Below, in pieces: positions 20,765 through 31,970 of a DNA stretch of 64,000 bases (position 1 is its first letter; each line of letters begins with the position of its first letter). The notes under the pieces were generated by a model. The model had not been told where the DNA came from. It did not search any database and saw nothing but the letters and a program-made list of their open reading frames with translations. The translations under genes and the position numbers were made by a program. The DNA is from Histomonas meleagridis 2922-C6/04-290x (Eukaryota; Protista; Parabasalia), in NCBI GenBank assembly GCA_020184695.1, contig JAANOX010000220.1, forward strand, positions 38,743-102,742. Reading direction: 5' to 3'.

Positions 20765-21448
20765 CTACCATATATACTTGTCAAAATCAAATTCGTCAAA
20801 CGAACTTATTTGATATGCAGGATTTACTCCTCGCTTTGCATACTCCTCTTCATTGTTTTCAAATGGCTTGTGGAGGAAGCAAGTTGCCATCCCTGCTTCA
20901 TTTGCAGCTTTGATTCCGTTGAATGCATCCTCAAAAACAAGAACATTTTCGGGATTAAAATCACCTAATTTCTTGCTTGCTGTTTGAAATATCTCTGGAG
21001 AAGGCTTTGCTTTTGTAACTTCATTTCCACAAATCATTGTATTGAATAAAGAATAAATATCTTTATGATTTGAAATTTTGACTTCATGGAGTTCTCTCAT
21101 TGAGCTTGTGGCAACAGCAAGTGGGATGCCTTTATCATGAATTGTTCGAATAATTCTTTCAACTCCGTGAATTAACTTTGCATTTGGAAAAAGACCTTTT
21201 AAAATTACAGATCTCCTTTGTACAAATTCTTGTGGTGTCATATCCAAATGATAATGATTTACATATATTGCAGCAACATCAAGATCAGATCTACCATTTG
21301 TTAGATCTAATATTTTTGGATCATATGGTGGAGGAACAAAAGATTCTAAAGCCTTATAATATAGAGGCAGTGTATCAAGGATTACACCGTCGTTATCGAA
21401 AATAACAGCTTTAATTTGATGTGGCCAAACTTTTCCTGCTTTGGTCAT
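20765..21448 (-). CDS. HAD-superfamily phosphatase (HDHD1/pseudouridine-5'-phosphatase-like)
   Basis: AVIFDNDGVILDT, AVATSS, KAKPSPEIF and LVFEDAFNGIKAA. Confidence 0.9.
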   Translation of the reverse strand: MTKAGKVWPHQIKAVIFDNDGVILDTLPLYYKALESFVPPPYDPKILDLTNGRSDLDVAAIYVNHYHLDMTPQEFVQRRSVILKGLFPNAKLIHGVERIIRTIHDKGIPLAVATSSMRELHEVKISNHKDIYSLFNTMICGNEVTKAKPSPEIFQTASKKLGDFNPENVLVFEDAFNGIKAANEAGMATCFLHKPFENNEEEYAKRGVNPAYQISSFDEFDFDKYIW

Positions 21449-21920
21449 ATGCAGCTTTTGGTTCCATTTAAACGTTCAATTTGTTATGTGGGTAGAAAGT
21501 AATGTAATAAGCCAACCAAATAATTAAATTCATCAATCATATTTTGTTTTTTGTCTAAATGATTCTTACTGCAAAGTTTTCAAAAATGTTTTTGAAGTAT
21601 CATTAATTTGATAATGGAAATTTCTTTTATTTTAATCTTTTTTAATGACAACAATTCCTTCTTTTTTAAATATTAATTTTCATTACAAATTATTATTGTT
21701 ATTATCTCCAATTCTTCATAAATCATCTTTTGTTTGGTTTTTATCATAATTTGTCTAAAAATTGGTTTTTAATTTAAAGAAATTTATTCAGATAATATTT
21801 ATAAATATATTTGCTTATTGCAATGAGGTTCTTGAGCAAATCTATGCTCATGATTTATCGTCTTTACTGCATAAAAATTTTATTTGCTCCATAAAGATCA
21901 ATCGGCTTTAATCCATATAA

Positions 21921-24900
21921 ATGGAAAGCCCAATCTCTTTATTTGAGAAAACATTAAACTCAACTGATCCTGTTGTTATTGCATCTGATACACAAATTAC
22001 ATTTCCAGAAGATCCTTCATTTAAACGTAAAGATGTTCCAGAAGGAGAATTGTTAAATGCGAATGATTTTTCTTCGATAGAATTTCTTCAACAACTTATA
22101 GATAAAATAAGTGAATTAATTCCATTTCTTTATAGTTATCGAAGTGTTTCAAGAGCTATCTATAATCAAGAAAATCATTTAAAAGAAGTAGAAAAAGATG
22201 AGAAAAAACGAGATGAGATTATGCGATTGTTTGTAAATTTATTTCAATCGAGATTTGAAAAAATGTGTAATATGAAAGAAGCATTAGAAGATGTATCTCA
22301 ATATCTACAAAATTCAATTATAAATATGACTAAACAAATACCAGATTTGTTTTTCCAAAAGCTTGTTGAATTATTTGATATAATTTTAAATTTAGAACAA
22401 TTAAAATTAGTTAAAGTTGGTTTAACAAATGATTTATCATTATTTAGAAGACAAAAAAATTTAAGTGTTGCAGAAAAAGAGAAAAATGTAATGCTTCCTC
22501 TTTTCCTTGCAACACCACATCATCTTTTAATGAATTTACAAAAATATTTTAAATCAAATGGAGGAGATGTACCAGTTCAATTTTTCATTAAGTTTTTAGA
22601 TTATTGTGTTACCAAATATAATAAATCAATATTAGCAAAACAAAAGCAATCACTTGTTATATCAATGTTATCTTCACTTGTAATTATTGGACAAAAAAAG
22701 TTAACATTTAAAGATAATATGATTCATATTTATTCAATTATTTCAGAACATCCTCTTATTCCATTATGTGGAGAAAATCATTTTCAAACATCTTCAATCT
22801 TTACTTATATTGAAGATTTTGTGTTACCTAAAGGAATCATAATCCTTGACGATAAAGAAAAACTCAAAGCAGCACGAGATCAATTTCTTCTTAAGAAAAA
22901 AGCGTTACAATACAAAGAAATGTATAGATTACATTTACCAAATATTACACGAATTTTACGTAATGAGTCAATTGATAATTTAAAAATGTTATATGATATA
23001 TTATCTTATATTAGTGAAATGTCGAATGCAATTATGACGCAATTTGCTTTTAAGTCAAATTGTCAAGCAATCACAGATAATCCAGATGTATCTCTCTATG
23101 ATTGTCAAGTACGCTTAAATTATAGTAAAAGTGATCTCGATGCTCTAATAGAAATAATTGGGGAAATTAAAGTACTTTCAAGTTCAGCAATTCAAGCTGA
23201 ACCAATCATTATGAATTACATTTATAAATATATTGGTAATTATATCCAAAACTTTATACATATTACATTAGGAGAAGTATTATCAATCGCAAAGAAAAAA
23301 AATGACAATGATGTAATTCAAATCATAACATCAATTCGAAATATCTTTGGAAGATTTGGTAATACTTCACCGTCAAACACCAACGAAAAGAAATTCACTC
23401 CGAGTAACTCAACGAGTATTCCTCCGTCGGTGCATCAACTCGAAGTATTACGTGAACAAATTTCTCTTTTAATGTCACCTGAAAGTCCGTTTTATGAAAA
23501 GAAGAAACTCAAAGCGCATTATAAGTCATTTTTATTGAATTTTTCTTCATTTCTTGATGAAACTGAAAATTTCCATATTTTATTAAAGTATTCGCAATAT
23601 ATTCGCGAGTCATCAAATTTAGGTTCGTTATGGTTTCGTGAGACTGCTTTAGATATCGAAGGGAAACGTCATAACATTATCCAATTTCCAGTTCGTTCAT
23701 CATTACCATTTATCTTAGCGGAACATGTTTTAAGTTCCATAGATACACCTTCGTTACATGACTGTGTATTTTTCCCATTTGAGATATATAATGACGCAGC
23801 ATATTTAGCGATTAATATGTTTAAGTCGCAATATTTATATAAGGAAATCGAAGCGGAAGTATCACTATGCGTTGATATGATATCATTCACATTTGCGCAT
23901 ACATTTTTTAAGTTCTGTCGTAAGACTGCTGCTTCATTTGAACTACCTGAAGAACATATCGGCGAAATAACAGTAACACCAATTCGTTATTCAGCTGTAG
24001 TTAAACAGAAGAGTTTACAATTACTTGGTTCTTCTGTTGACTTTAATATCATTACTACACATAAACTGAATGAAACTATCGAAAAAGAATTATCGCGACT
24101 TATATCAATATTAAATGACTTCCGTATGATTCCTTATGTTCTACATCTTTTAAAAGTTATTAAATCAACACATTACTTATTGAAATGTAATGATTTATTA
24201 CTTGATGACTTTTGCGTTTTATGGGCTAAAGCTCGTTCTGCTATGCCGAATTATCCTGGTACAAATTTAACAAATAAAATCATTGATGTTATATATCCGC
24301 AACATATGAAATTTAGTGTAACTTTACGAATGTTTGTTCCTACAAAAGATTTAATGTTAATTCCTCCAACAAAAGATGATTGGGCCTATGAATATGTTAA
24401 AATTCATTCGGATGATACAACTTATATTGGTACAATACATTTTTCTTCATTAATAGAATTATTAGATGATGGAGAAATAGTTTCATTTATAGTGAATATA
24501 TTAGGGAGAATTGATCAAGAAATTATTAAAGTCATTGAATTATTTAAAGATGTTTCTACATGTCTTAGAAATGTACATATTAAATTAGTTGATAATATTG
24601 ATAATTATTTATCTTATATATTTGATGCTTATAAAGATGTTAAGCATCCTCAAATTGGTCAATTATTTAATGCTTTAAGAAATATCGGGAATTTAATAAC
24701 AATGTTATATCTGATTGAAATAGAAATGAAACAAAATAATTGTAATTCTTCAATTATATCATCAATCGTTTCAATCTTTAATATTCATATTGAGAAATAT
24801 AAAAATATGTTTAATGAAGATGAGTTCGATCCTATCAATATGGTTAATTGTAGATCTTTTTCGGCATTATGGCCGATCCTTGAATTTATGTTATGTTCGC

Positions 24901-25205
24901 CAAATATTATACAATTATCGGATAATTTGGCGTTGCCTTATCCACTAGAAACTTTTGGTGATGGCCCTATAATTGCTGCTCATTTCTTTATAATATTAGC
25001 AGGAAACTTAGGTATTTATCAATATAATTCAATAACTATAAAAGCATTGAAATTATATGATATACAAAACCAGAAATCTAATAAAGAATCACATCATTTT
25101 ATATATTGTGCATCAATGGTAAATCAAGCAAGAAATTTCGCTGAAGTTATGTTGTCGCCGTATATATCAACTAAAGCTTCCTGGACAAATGAACTTTTTA
25201 TGTAA
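21921..25205 (+). CDS. CYFIP/Sra1/PIR121-like WAVE-complex subunit
   Basis: LGSLWFRETALDI...IQFPVRSSLPFILAEHVL...FPFEIYNDAA...EIEAEVSLCVD matches the CYFIP core. Confidence 0.85.
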   Translation: MESPISLFEKTLNSTDPVVIASDTQITFPEDPSFKRKDVPEGELLNANDFSSIEFLQQLIDKISELIPFLYSYRSVSRAIYNQENHLKEVEKDEKKRDEIMRLFVNLFQSRFEKMCNMKEALEDVSQYLQNSIINMTKQIPDLFFQKLVELFDIILNLEQLKLVKVGLTNDLSLFRRQKNLSVAEKEKNVMLPLFLATPHHLLMNLQKYFKSNGGDVPVQFFIKFLDYCVTKYNKSILAKQKQSLVISMLSSLVIIGQKKLTFKDNMIHIYSIISEHPLIPLCGENHFQTSSIFTYIEDFVLPKGIIILDDKEKLKAARDQFLLKKKALQYKEMYRLHLPNITRILRNESIDNLKMLYDILSYISEMSNAIMTQFAFKSNCQAITDNPDVSLYDCQVRLNYSKSDLDALIEIIGEIKVLSSSAIQAEPIIMNYIYKYIGNYIQNFIHITLGEVLSIAKKKNDNDVIQIITSIRNIFGRFGNTSPSNTNEKKFTPSNSTSIPPSVHQLEVLREQISLLMSPESPFYEKKKLKAHYKSFLLNFSSFLDETENFHILLKYSQYIRESSNLGSLWFRETALDIEGKRHNIIQFPVRSSLPFILAEHVLSSIDTPSLHDCVFFPFEIYNDAAYLAINMFKSQYLYKEIEAEVSLCVDMISFTFAHTFFKFCRKTAASFELPEEHIGEITVTPIRYSAVVKQKSLQLLGSSVDFNIITTHKLNETIEKELSRLISILNDFRMIPYVLHLLKVIKSTHYLLKCNDLLLDDFCVLWAKARSAMPNYPGTNLTNKIIDVIYPQHMKFSVTLRMFVPTKDLMLIPPTKDDWAYEYVKIHSDDTTYIGTIHFSSLIELLDDGEIVSFIVNILGRIDQEIIKVIELFKDVSTCLRNVHIKLVDNIDNYLSYIFDAYKDVKHPQIGQLFNALRNIGNLITMLYLIEIEMKQNNCNSSIISSIVSIFNIHIEKYKNMFNEDEFDPINMVNCRSFSALWPILEFMLCSPNIIQLSDNLALPYPLETFGDGPIIAAHFFIILAGNLGIYQYNSITIKALKLYDIQNQKSNKESHHFIYCASMVNQARNFAEVMLSPYISTKASWTNELFM

Positions 25206-25436
25206 AAATTGATTTGATTTAATTTTAGTATTCTAAATTTTATATAAAAATTGATTATTATGAATCATCATACTTTATATGAATTATTTAGTATTTTTAA
25301 AGAAAGAAATACTTGATGAAGAACTAATTATTTATCAATGTTTTTATATATATTACTTGCCTGTGGATATTGATTATGTAAATCTTTAATTTTATAGTTA
25401 GTGCGGTATAAACTTGAATGTTAACAATTTGTAAAA

Positions 25437-25649
25437 TTAGTGGGACTTCTTTCTCTGTGTAAGTATTGATATAGCAATCGACCAATGTTGTTGATCTTTT
25501 GATTCATCAATATCTTTAATTGTATTAAGAAAATTTCCGAAATTTTTCACTAATCGAAGACATTCTTGATAATTTTGTGTTGATTTTTCACATTCATTAT
25601 GAAGATTATTGATCAATTTATTTATATTATAAAAAGATTGTTGGTTCAT
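25437..25649 (-). CDS. Small ORF, uncertain
   Basis: 70-aa ATG-initiated ORF with protein-like composition in an intergenic region. Confidence 0.3.
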   Translation of the reverse strand: MNQQSFYNINKLINNLHNECEKSTQNYQECLRLVKNFGNFLNTIKDIDESKDQQHWSIAISILTQRKKSH

Positions 25650-25931
25650 AAATTTTTATTAATACCATACTATTTCAATAAAATGGTGTCATAATAAGAA
25701 AAGAAATGATTGATTCTATTAAATATATTTCAAAAAAGAAATTGGCATCAAATGAAAATAATAATAAAGAATCAGTTAAAACAAAATTAATTTTTCATAA
25801 ATAGTTTTATTAAAGTATTTTTTTATAACTACTCTAATGTATCATTAAAATTTAACAATACAATTTTTTTATAATAAAAAAATTTTTTTTTCTAATTTTT
25901 TCCTTCTTCCTAAATCAACAACAAAAATATT

Positions 25932-27797
25932 TTAATTTATTCCTTTCACAATAATTTCCAATTGTTTTCCATTTTCCACATTTACGATTACCTTTTCATC
26001 ATTTTGTACAGGTTCGTCGAATTTAAATTCTACAACAACTTTAGCGCCAGCGATTAATATTCCTTCATTAGGTTCAGGATTTCCAATTTTATCTTTTATT
26101 GACCATTTTACCCAAACCAAAGAATTATTAACTAAATTAATTTTTTGTTTTTCATTTCCTACGATTACATTTAAATTATCTTCGAAACCTAATTTTGGCA
26201 TCGAAAACATTAAATGTTCATTATATTTAGCGTCAATTATTTCATTTAATAAATCTAATCTTTCATTATCAATCAATGGCACTACGAATTTATATGCAGC
26301 GTGTACAGGTCTATGATCACTAAAAGCGCATTTAAGTGAATGATAACATATACAATGAGGTTCAATCGGATAATTATAACATTCGGGTAGAACTAAGTTA
26401 TTTCGATCAGTTAATAATAACTTCGATTCCCCTAAAAAATGTTGCGCCATATCAGTTTCGATTTCAAGCGCATCTTCGAGTCCGATTTTTAATCTTTTAT
26501 TACCAGTACGTACCAAAATCCGATCAGTCCATGAAGGCACGCGATGTTTCGGCGATGTATCATAGATATCTTTCCCTATGTCATATTTAAATGTCGGGTT
26601 AAATAACAATGGCGGCTCTTTAAAGCTTCGAATGATTTCGTCCGTCTTTTGCGTGGTATGTAATTGATCCATATCACTTAAATCGGAAAGTTTTCCGCGT
26701 TGAATATACTCAATGCATTTCTCATACGTTGTAACAATGCGATAATTTAAATCACCCATAAAGATGATATAGTCAACATCTTTCATATCTTCGATGATTT
26801 CATGCCATTGCGAATTACGTTGTTCCCAATTTTGATCATGCGCTGCTAAATGACAACAAATGGTGACAAACGTGGCGCTACCAATGGTCCATCGGAAGAA
26901 GACTACGGCTTTGTTCGCTAACATTCCATTAGCACCTAATTTCTTGGTAACAATTTGATGATCATGAATTTGTGATGAAATGCCTTTACGGACTAACGCA
27001 CAGCAAAATACACCGCCCATGGATTGATGCGCAATGATATCAAAGCCTTCCGTATCGGACATTGACTGCGCTTGTTTGATGTGATCGGCCCATTTGTCAG
27101 AATTACTACTATTACCAGTAACAACGGACTTAAATGACATGTCTATTTCTTCTAAGGCAACAACTACGATGTCGGCTTGTGAAGCAGGCGCACGAAATAT
27201 TCGAGATAAATCTGAAAGAACTTCAGAATTGGGTTCGCGACTGCCGACATTCCAGGTAAGAAAATGAACGCGTAAGGTTGTGGATTTATAGTAAAATTGT
27301 TCGTTTTTATCAATAATATGTTTTTTCCATATTTCATAATAGGATTTATCAACTGTAATTGGTGACTTAAAAGTGGACTCTCCGATGTCAGAATCAAATA
27401 AATCAGAATATTTTTGGTTGGGCTTAAACTTCATAAGATATGATGAATTTTCTTCAATATATTTATCAACAGTATCATTAATATAAATGGACGATTTGCC
27501 AAAATGTGAAACTAGTAGTTCTAATTCGTCAATATTAAAAATTTTGAACTCTATTTGAATGTTGTCATATGATAAAAATTTTAGAATTAATTTCATGTCT
27601 TTAAGGGAATACGCTGACCGCACATCAGCTGATATTGGTATAAAACAACAATATGTCGATGCTTCTTCAATTACAACAAACGATTTTGTAATGGAATCAT
27701 CTGCAATCCTAACAGATAATTTAACATTGGTCCCATTTGGAAGCAAAGAAGCATTAGCTGTAATCCAATTTTTTGTTGATAGAATCGCTTGTTGCAT
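25932..27797 (-). CDS. Inositol polyphosphate 5-phosphatase (OCRL/INPP5B-like)
   Basis: TWNVG, LEEID, CHLAAH, GDLNYRI, PSWTDRIL and SDHRPV. Confidence 0.93.
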   Translation of the reverse strand: MQQAILSTKNWITANASLLPNGTNVKLSVRIADDSITKSFVVIEEASTYCCFIPISADVRSAYSLKDMKLILKFLSYDNIQIEFKIFNIDELELLVSHFGKSSIYINDTVDKYIEENSSYLMKFKPNQKYSDLFDSDIGESTFKSPITVDKSYYEIWKKHIIDKNEQFYYKSTTLRVHFLTWNVGSREPNSEVLSDLSRIFRAPASQADIVVVALEEIDMSFKSVVTGNSSNSDKWADHIKQAQSMSDTEGFDIIAHQSMGGVFCCALVRKGISSQIHDHQIVTKKLGANGMLANKAVVFFRWTIGSATFVTICCHLAAHDQNWEQRNSQWHEIIEDMKDVDYIIFMGDLNYRIVTTYEKCIEYIQRGKLSDLSDMDQLHTTQKTDEIIRSFKEPPLLFNPTFKYDIGKDIYDTSPKHRVPSWTDRILVRTGNKRLKIGLEDALEIETDMAQHFLGESKLLLTDRNNLVLPECYNYPIEPHCICYHSLKCAFSDHRPVHAAYKFVVPLIDNERLDLLNEIIDAKYNEHLMFSMPKLGFEDNLNVIVGNEKQKINLVNNSLVWVKWSIKDKIGNPEPNEGILIAGAKVVVEFKFDEPVQNDEKVIVNVENGKQLEIIVKGIN

Positions 27798-28147
27798 AAA
27801 AAAAAATTATTTCTATAAAAACCGTTTCATGCACCAAAAAAAATAAAAATCGAACTTTTTATAACTCATATATGATTATAGTATCATCACAGTGATAAAA
27901 TGATGAACTTACTTATGGGTGTTTGATAAGAAAAAGTATCGAAGCAAAAAAAATAGATTTTTGAAATTTGTAGGAAATATTTATTTTTTACCATTAAGAC
28001 TCATTCTCTTGTTTGAATTTGTTATAGCTTGGATTTTTCTTTAGCAAACATATGGTTGGTAATCAAATTTATCCTTTTTTTTTCATTCGATTCCTTTTCA
28101 GCAAAGCATTTTAGAAGCTATTCAAAACTTGCTTTATCAAATTTTCC

Positions 28148-29395
28148 ATGTTTGATAAAAGCAATGGAACTATTTATACGATATCAACACCAGAAGGACC
28201 CAAAGAAGTTGCTTTACCACATTTCCCAGAAATGCCAGATAAAATTGTATGCCCAATAAATCAATCACAATTTAAAATCATTCGACCAAATAACACAGCT
28301 GACATTGAATTCCTCAAGGAATACTCGCAACTAATGATTCGTCAAACACGTCAAACCTATATAGCAATTGATACTGAATGTGCATCACGTCCATCCGAAG
28401 GTAAACCTTGGGGCCCACGTCTTGCATCTATTCAATTTGCTGAATTTACTTATGATCCACGAACTTTAATTTTTTCTTTTGGACTTGGGATCATTGCTTA
28501 TTGGCCTACAGATCCAATTATTTCTACACTTATCACATCCATTTTTAATCGTCCTAATGTCAATCTTTATTTTTATGATCTTACTAGTGATTATACATTT
28601 ATGGAAGATGAAAACATCCGAATTGACAAATGCCAAATTTATGATTCACAAACTCGTTATCTCAATGAATACGAAACCAGTTTTTTTATACATAAGCCAA
28701 CTAAATCACTTCTTAAAGCAGTGCAAGACACATGTTCATATTGTCCTTTATCTGTTAATGCGTATTATTATATGGAACCATTAAAAAATCGAAACTTTGG
28801 ACTTATTCATTACATTCGTAGTAAACTTCGAATATATTATCCATTAACTATTAATGATTCGACACATATATATGCAGCAGGTGATGTTGTTCTTACATCA
28901 ATTGCTGCAATGGCACTTTATCGAGATGGTGTTGATTTAAAAGTACGAAGAAACACAATAAAAAAGATTAATGAAATAAAAATGCTTAATGCAAGTAATA
29001 AATATAAAAATGAGGTTGAGTATGGTATTGCGGTACAAATTAAAAAATGGGCATATAAAGAAAAGTTTATAAGAAGAGTCATCGAGTTGCCATGTCCTGA
29101 GTTTAGAGGACAAACTGAAAAAGAATTAAATTGGGTATTAAACTTTTTATCACAGCTACATAAAATCGAAAATTATATTCCAATCGATCCTATCTTATTA
29201 AATGGAGATAACATAAAAAAGATTTTAGAAGTAAGAAATAAAGCTAGATTGTTTTTAAAGTCTGATGAAATATTCCCATTGTTATTGGATTGGGCTAAGA
29301 GAGAAGGAATAATAACAGATGAAAACATAAACGCTTATTATAAATATAAAGAAGAAAAAGCGTTAAGAAAAGAAAATGAAAATACACAAATTTGA
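28148..29395 (+). CDS. DEDDy-type 3'-5' exonuclease domain protein
   Basis: ExoI IAIDTEC, ExoII FYDLTSD, ExoIII IYAAGDV. Confidence 0.7.
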   Translation: MFDKSNGTIYTISTPEGPKEVALPHFPEMPDKIVCPINQSQFKIIRPNNTADIEFLKEYSQLMIRQTRQTYIAIDTECASRPSEGKPWGPRLASIQFAEFTYDPRTLIFSFGLGIIAYWPTDPIISTLITSIFNRPNVNLYFYDLTSDYTFMEDENIRIDKCQIYDSQTRYLNEYETSFFIHKPTKSLLKAVQDTCSYCPLSVNAYYYMEPLKNRNFGLIHYIRSKLRIYYPLTINDSTHIYAAGDVVLTSIAAMALYRDGVDLKVRRNTIKKINEIKMLNASNKYKNEVEYGIAVQIKKWAYKEKFIRRVIELPCPEFRGQTEKELNWVLNFLSQLHKIENYIPIDPILLNGDNIKKILEVRNKARLFLKSDEIFPLLLDWAKREGIITDENINAYYKYKEEKALRKENENTQI

Positions 29396-29627
29396 AAAAA
29401 TGTTTTTGTATAATAAAAAAGTATGATGTAAGAATTTTTTTTATTTCTCATAAAAAATCATGTGTTTTTTATCTATTAACATGTAGTCTTGTTGTTTTCA
29501 AAAGTGGCAGAAAACCAATGCGTAAAGCTCTCAATCGAGTATTGAATTTGTGTTTTTTTGTATAGACAAATCCCATTTGAATGAACGGTATCGGCAAAAT
29601 CGACTGTGAACCGATTTCATAAGAAGA

Positions 29628-31253
29628 ATGGAAAAGTCCTCTTATTTCGCACAGTCAGCACAACAAATTATTAATGGATCAAGTGAATACTCTCAACCAG
29701 AATTTGATTTCAAATGTCAGCTTCCAACAGAAGTTGATTATTCTGATATTCATAGATTCATTACAAAAAATTACAATGACCCAAATGACTTTGTGAACTA
29801 CTTAAAGGAGTCATTTTCACTCCATTGTGCTAAACAAAAGATACTCATTTTAGATCCTTCTTTTCCAAAAAATTCACCAAAATTTTATGACTCATTTGCT
29901 CAAACAGATCTCGTAGATGCTATGAAAAACTTATATAGAGCTGCTACCATTGAACCAACTCAATTTCTTTCACCATGGGAACAATATTATCTTAAAGCAA
30001 TAAGTCTTTACGTTAGTTCACTTTTGGCACTTCCATTTATCAGCAATAAAAAGAGTCAAAAGGTTCTCAACTTTTTCTACTCGAAACTTAATCCCCAAAT
30101 TCAAAATCATAATCAAATATTTCTTTGTCAATGCAAGCCCAAAGGCGTCAAAACAAACAGTGTTTTCTTTGTCAATACATTTGGTGATGTTACATTACTC
30201 CAAAAAGATGGTACATTCAAGAAAGGCAAATTATCATTATCCAAACAATCAACAATTTTTACTGATTCTGAGAAAAATTCCACTCCGTATTCCTTATTAG
30301 ATCATCAGGGCAAGCCATTAGAGCTTTCCCATCTTCATTATCTCCAACTCATCTATATTTCGTGTGACATTATCAAAAACTATCCCATCAAAGACTGCAT
30401 TTTCATTGGCAAAATGTTCTACAACTACAACGGCATATATTTGCATAACATTTTTAACACCAGTTTGAGCAATAATAATATGTCATCAATCATTCCATAT
30501 CTCGCGAATGTTTCCATATTTATGGACCGCCATATCTTTCTTCTTAAGTCAGCTGCCAATTTCTTTGCGTTTCATCCCCAGACCCAAATTATTGATTCAT
30601 TTCCAGTCAAACTTTTTCATCATTTTTTCAAGGTCACGATTGATTCTTTAGTCGATGTACATATCACGCAGCTTCAATCCATGTTTGGAGCGCTTGATTC
30701 CACATCAGTTGTTGAACCAAATTTCATCAATCAAATGATGATTGATTTTTGGGATGCCATCTTATCATATGCGCCACGCTTCCCGCGGTGTATCCATGAG
30801 CTCCTTAAGTACCTAATGATCTTATCCGAGCGCTCTGGAAAAGATAAATATAATTTCCCATCGCAAATATTCTTCAAATGGTATTTCATACCGCACATCG
30901 AAGCACGACAATCGAAAGAAGCTCCATCGCCTGCAATGTACCTCATAAAGACAGTTCTCGATAATGTCGTCAGTAAAATCACAAAAGAAACAGGGAAAAA
31001 CACGGAGATGTCGCAATACACTATCAACGCAAACGTCGGCCAAATGACCGACTTCTTCGACTACTTCATGAATAGAGCAATCGAACCTATGGGCGACGTT
31101 GAGATGCCACAAATGAATGAGTATCTGCTGGGGCTCAAAAAGATTCTAGAGTTTACTGTCGATAATAAAAAAGTTTTGATGAAAAATAAGGAGAAAAATG
31201 GATACGAATGGCTGTTCATTGACGACTTATTGTATATGCTAAATGCAAAGTAA
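29628..31253 (+). CDS. Hypothetical protein, possibly with a divergent RasGAP-like C-terminal domain
   Basis: 541-aa ORF. FWDAILSYAPRFPRCIHELLKYL...FFKWYFIPHI loosely resembles the RasGAP helices. Confidence 0.45.
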   Translation: MEKSSYFAQSAQQIINGSSEYSQPEFDFKCQLPTEVDYSDIHRFITKNYNDPNDFVNYLKESFSLHCAKQKILILDPSFPKNSPKFYDSFAQTDLVDAMKNLYRAATIEPTQFLSPWEQYYLKAISLYVSSLLALPFISNKKSQKVLNFFYSKLNPQIQNHNQIFLCQCKPKGVKTNSVFFVNTFGDVTLLQKDGTFKKGKLSLSKQSTIFTDSEKNSTPYSLLDHQGKPLELSHLHYLQLIYISCDIIKNYPIKDCIFIGKMFYNYNGIYLHNIFNTSLSNNNMSSIIPYLANVSIFMDRHIFLLKSAANFFAFHPQTQIIDSFPVKLFHHFFKVTIDSLVDVHITQLQSMFGALDSTSVVEPNFINQMMIDFWDAILSYAPRFPRCIHELLKYLMILSERSGKDKYNFPSQIFFKWYFIPHIEARQSKEAPSPAMYLIKTVLDNVVSKITKETGKNTEMSQYTINANVGQMTDFFDYFMNRAIEPMGDVEMPQMNEYLLGLKKILEFTVDNKKVLMKNKEKNGYEWLFIDDLLYMLNAK

Positions 31254-31393
31254 TTAATTATAAATATTAATTTTAAAAGAAATTCTTATGTCCTTTTGTA
31301 TAAAAAAATTGTTTCATCAATAATGCCAACTGATTCATTTGTTTAAAGCAAATATTTAAATTCACATCTAATATAAAAAAAAAAATTGATTTA

Positions 31394-31801
31394 CTAATCA
31401 TAGGTGTAAAAAAACATATCCAACTCATCGTATGCTTCATCATTCTGTTCGTTGCTTTGTGATTGGCTTGATGTAAACATTGGTGTAACATCGTCTGGTT
31501 GAGGTGATTGAGCAAAGTCCAAATCAAGGTCTACTAGGTGATCCCAACTAGGTGATAGGAGTTCGTCATTTGGTTGTTGATTTTGCACCTGTTGTTCGAT
31601 CTCATATTTTGCATGTGGAATTGTGCTTGCCTTGTTGTGTTTGGACTTTTTACCAGAACATCTTTCGAATTGTAAGAGTTCACCATTGAGATAAATTTTA
31701 CCTTCCTCTTTCCCTTCTTTGTTACGGTGGTATTCATAAACTTTGGATGTGCCGGGAGGTATGAATGTTGCTTTTTTAATCCTTTTCGACTTTGGGGGCA
31801 T
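31394..31801 (-). CDS. Small hypothetical protein (basic N-terminus, acidic/aromatic C-terminus)
   Basis: 135-aa ATG ORF. Confidence 0.6.
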   Translation of the reverse strand: MPPKSKRIKKATFIPPGTSKVYEYHRNKEGKEEGKIYLNGELLQFERCSGKKSKHNKASTIPHAKYEIEQQVQNQQPNDELLSPSWDHLVDLDLDFAQSPQPDDVTPMFTSSQSQSNEQNDEAYDELDMFFYTYD

Positions 31802-31970
31802 GATAGTAAGTGAAATGAGAAGAATTTAAGTTTATTTGAAATTTGAATTCAAATCTGAATATCGTTATTATCAAAAAGTTTTTGTAGAAAATATTTTTGG
31901 CAAAATACGTATTTAGGCAAAATTTGTTGACGATACAGAAACACTTTTGACAATTTTAGAACTTGCCAAA

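Noticed and set aside
21500-21830. Coding-like K/N-rich minus-strand stretch
   Set aside because: Multiple stops and no motif; consistent with AT-rich intergenic DNA.
31815-31970. Apparent in-frame N-terminal extension of the methyltransferase containing TAA (31827) and TAG (31914), suggesting stop-codon reassignment
   Set aside because: All conserved genes in the window (H4, eS28, BiP, the EEVD tail) end at TAA and have no internal stops. The extension would start 14 bp from the divergent gene's ATG, so it is better read as intergenic DNA.
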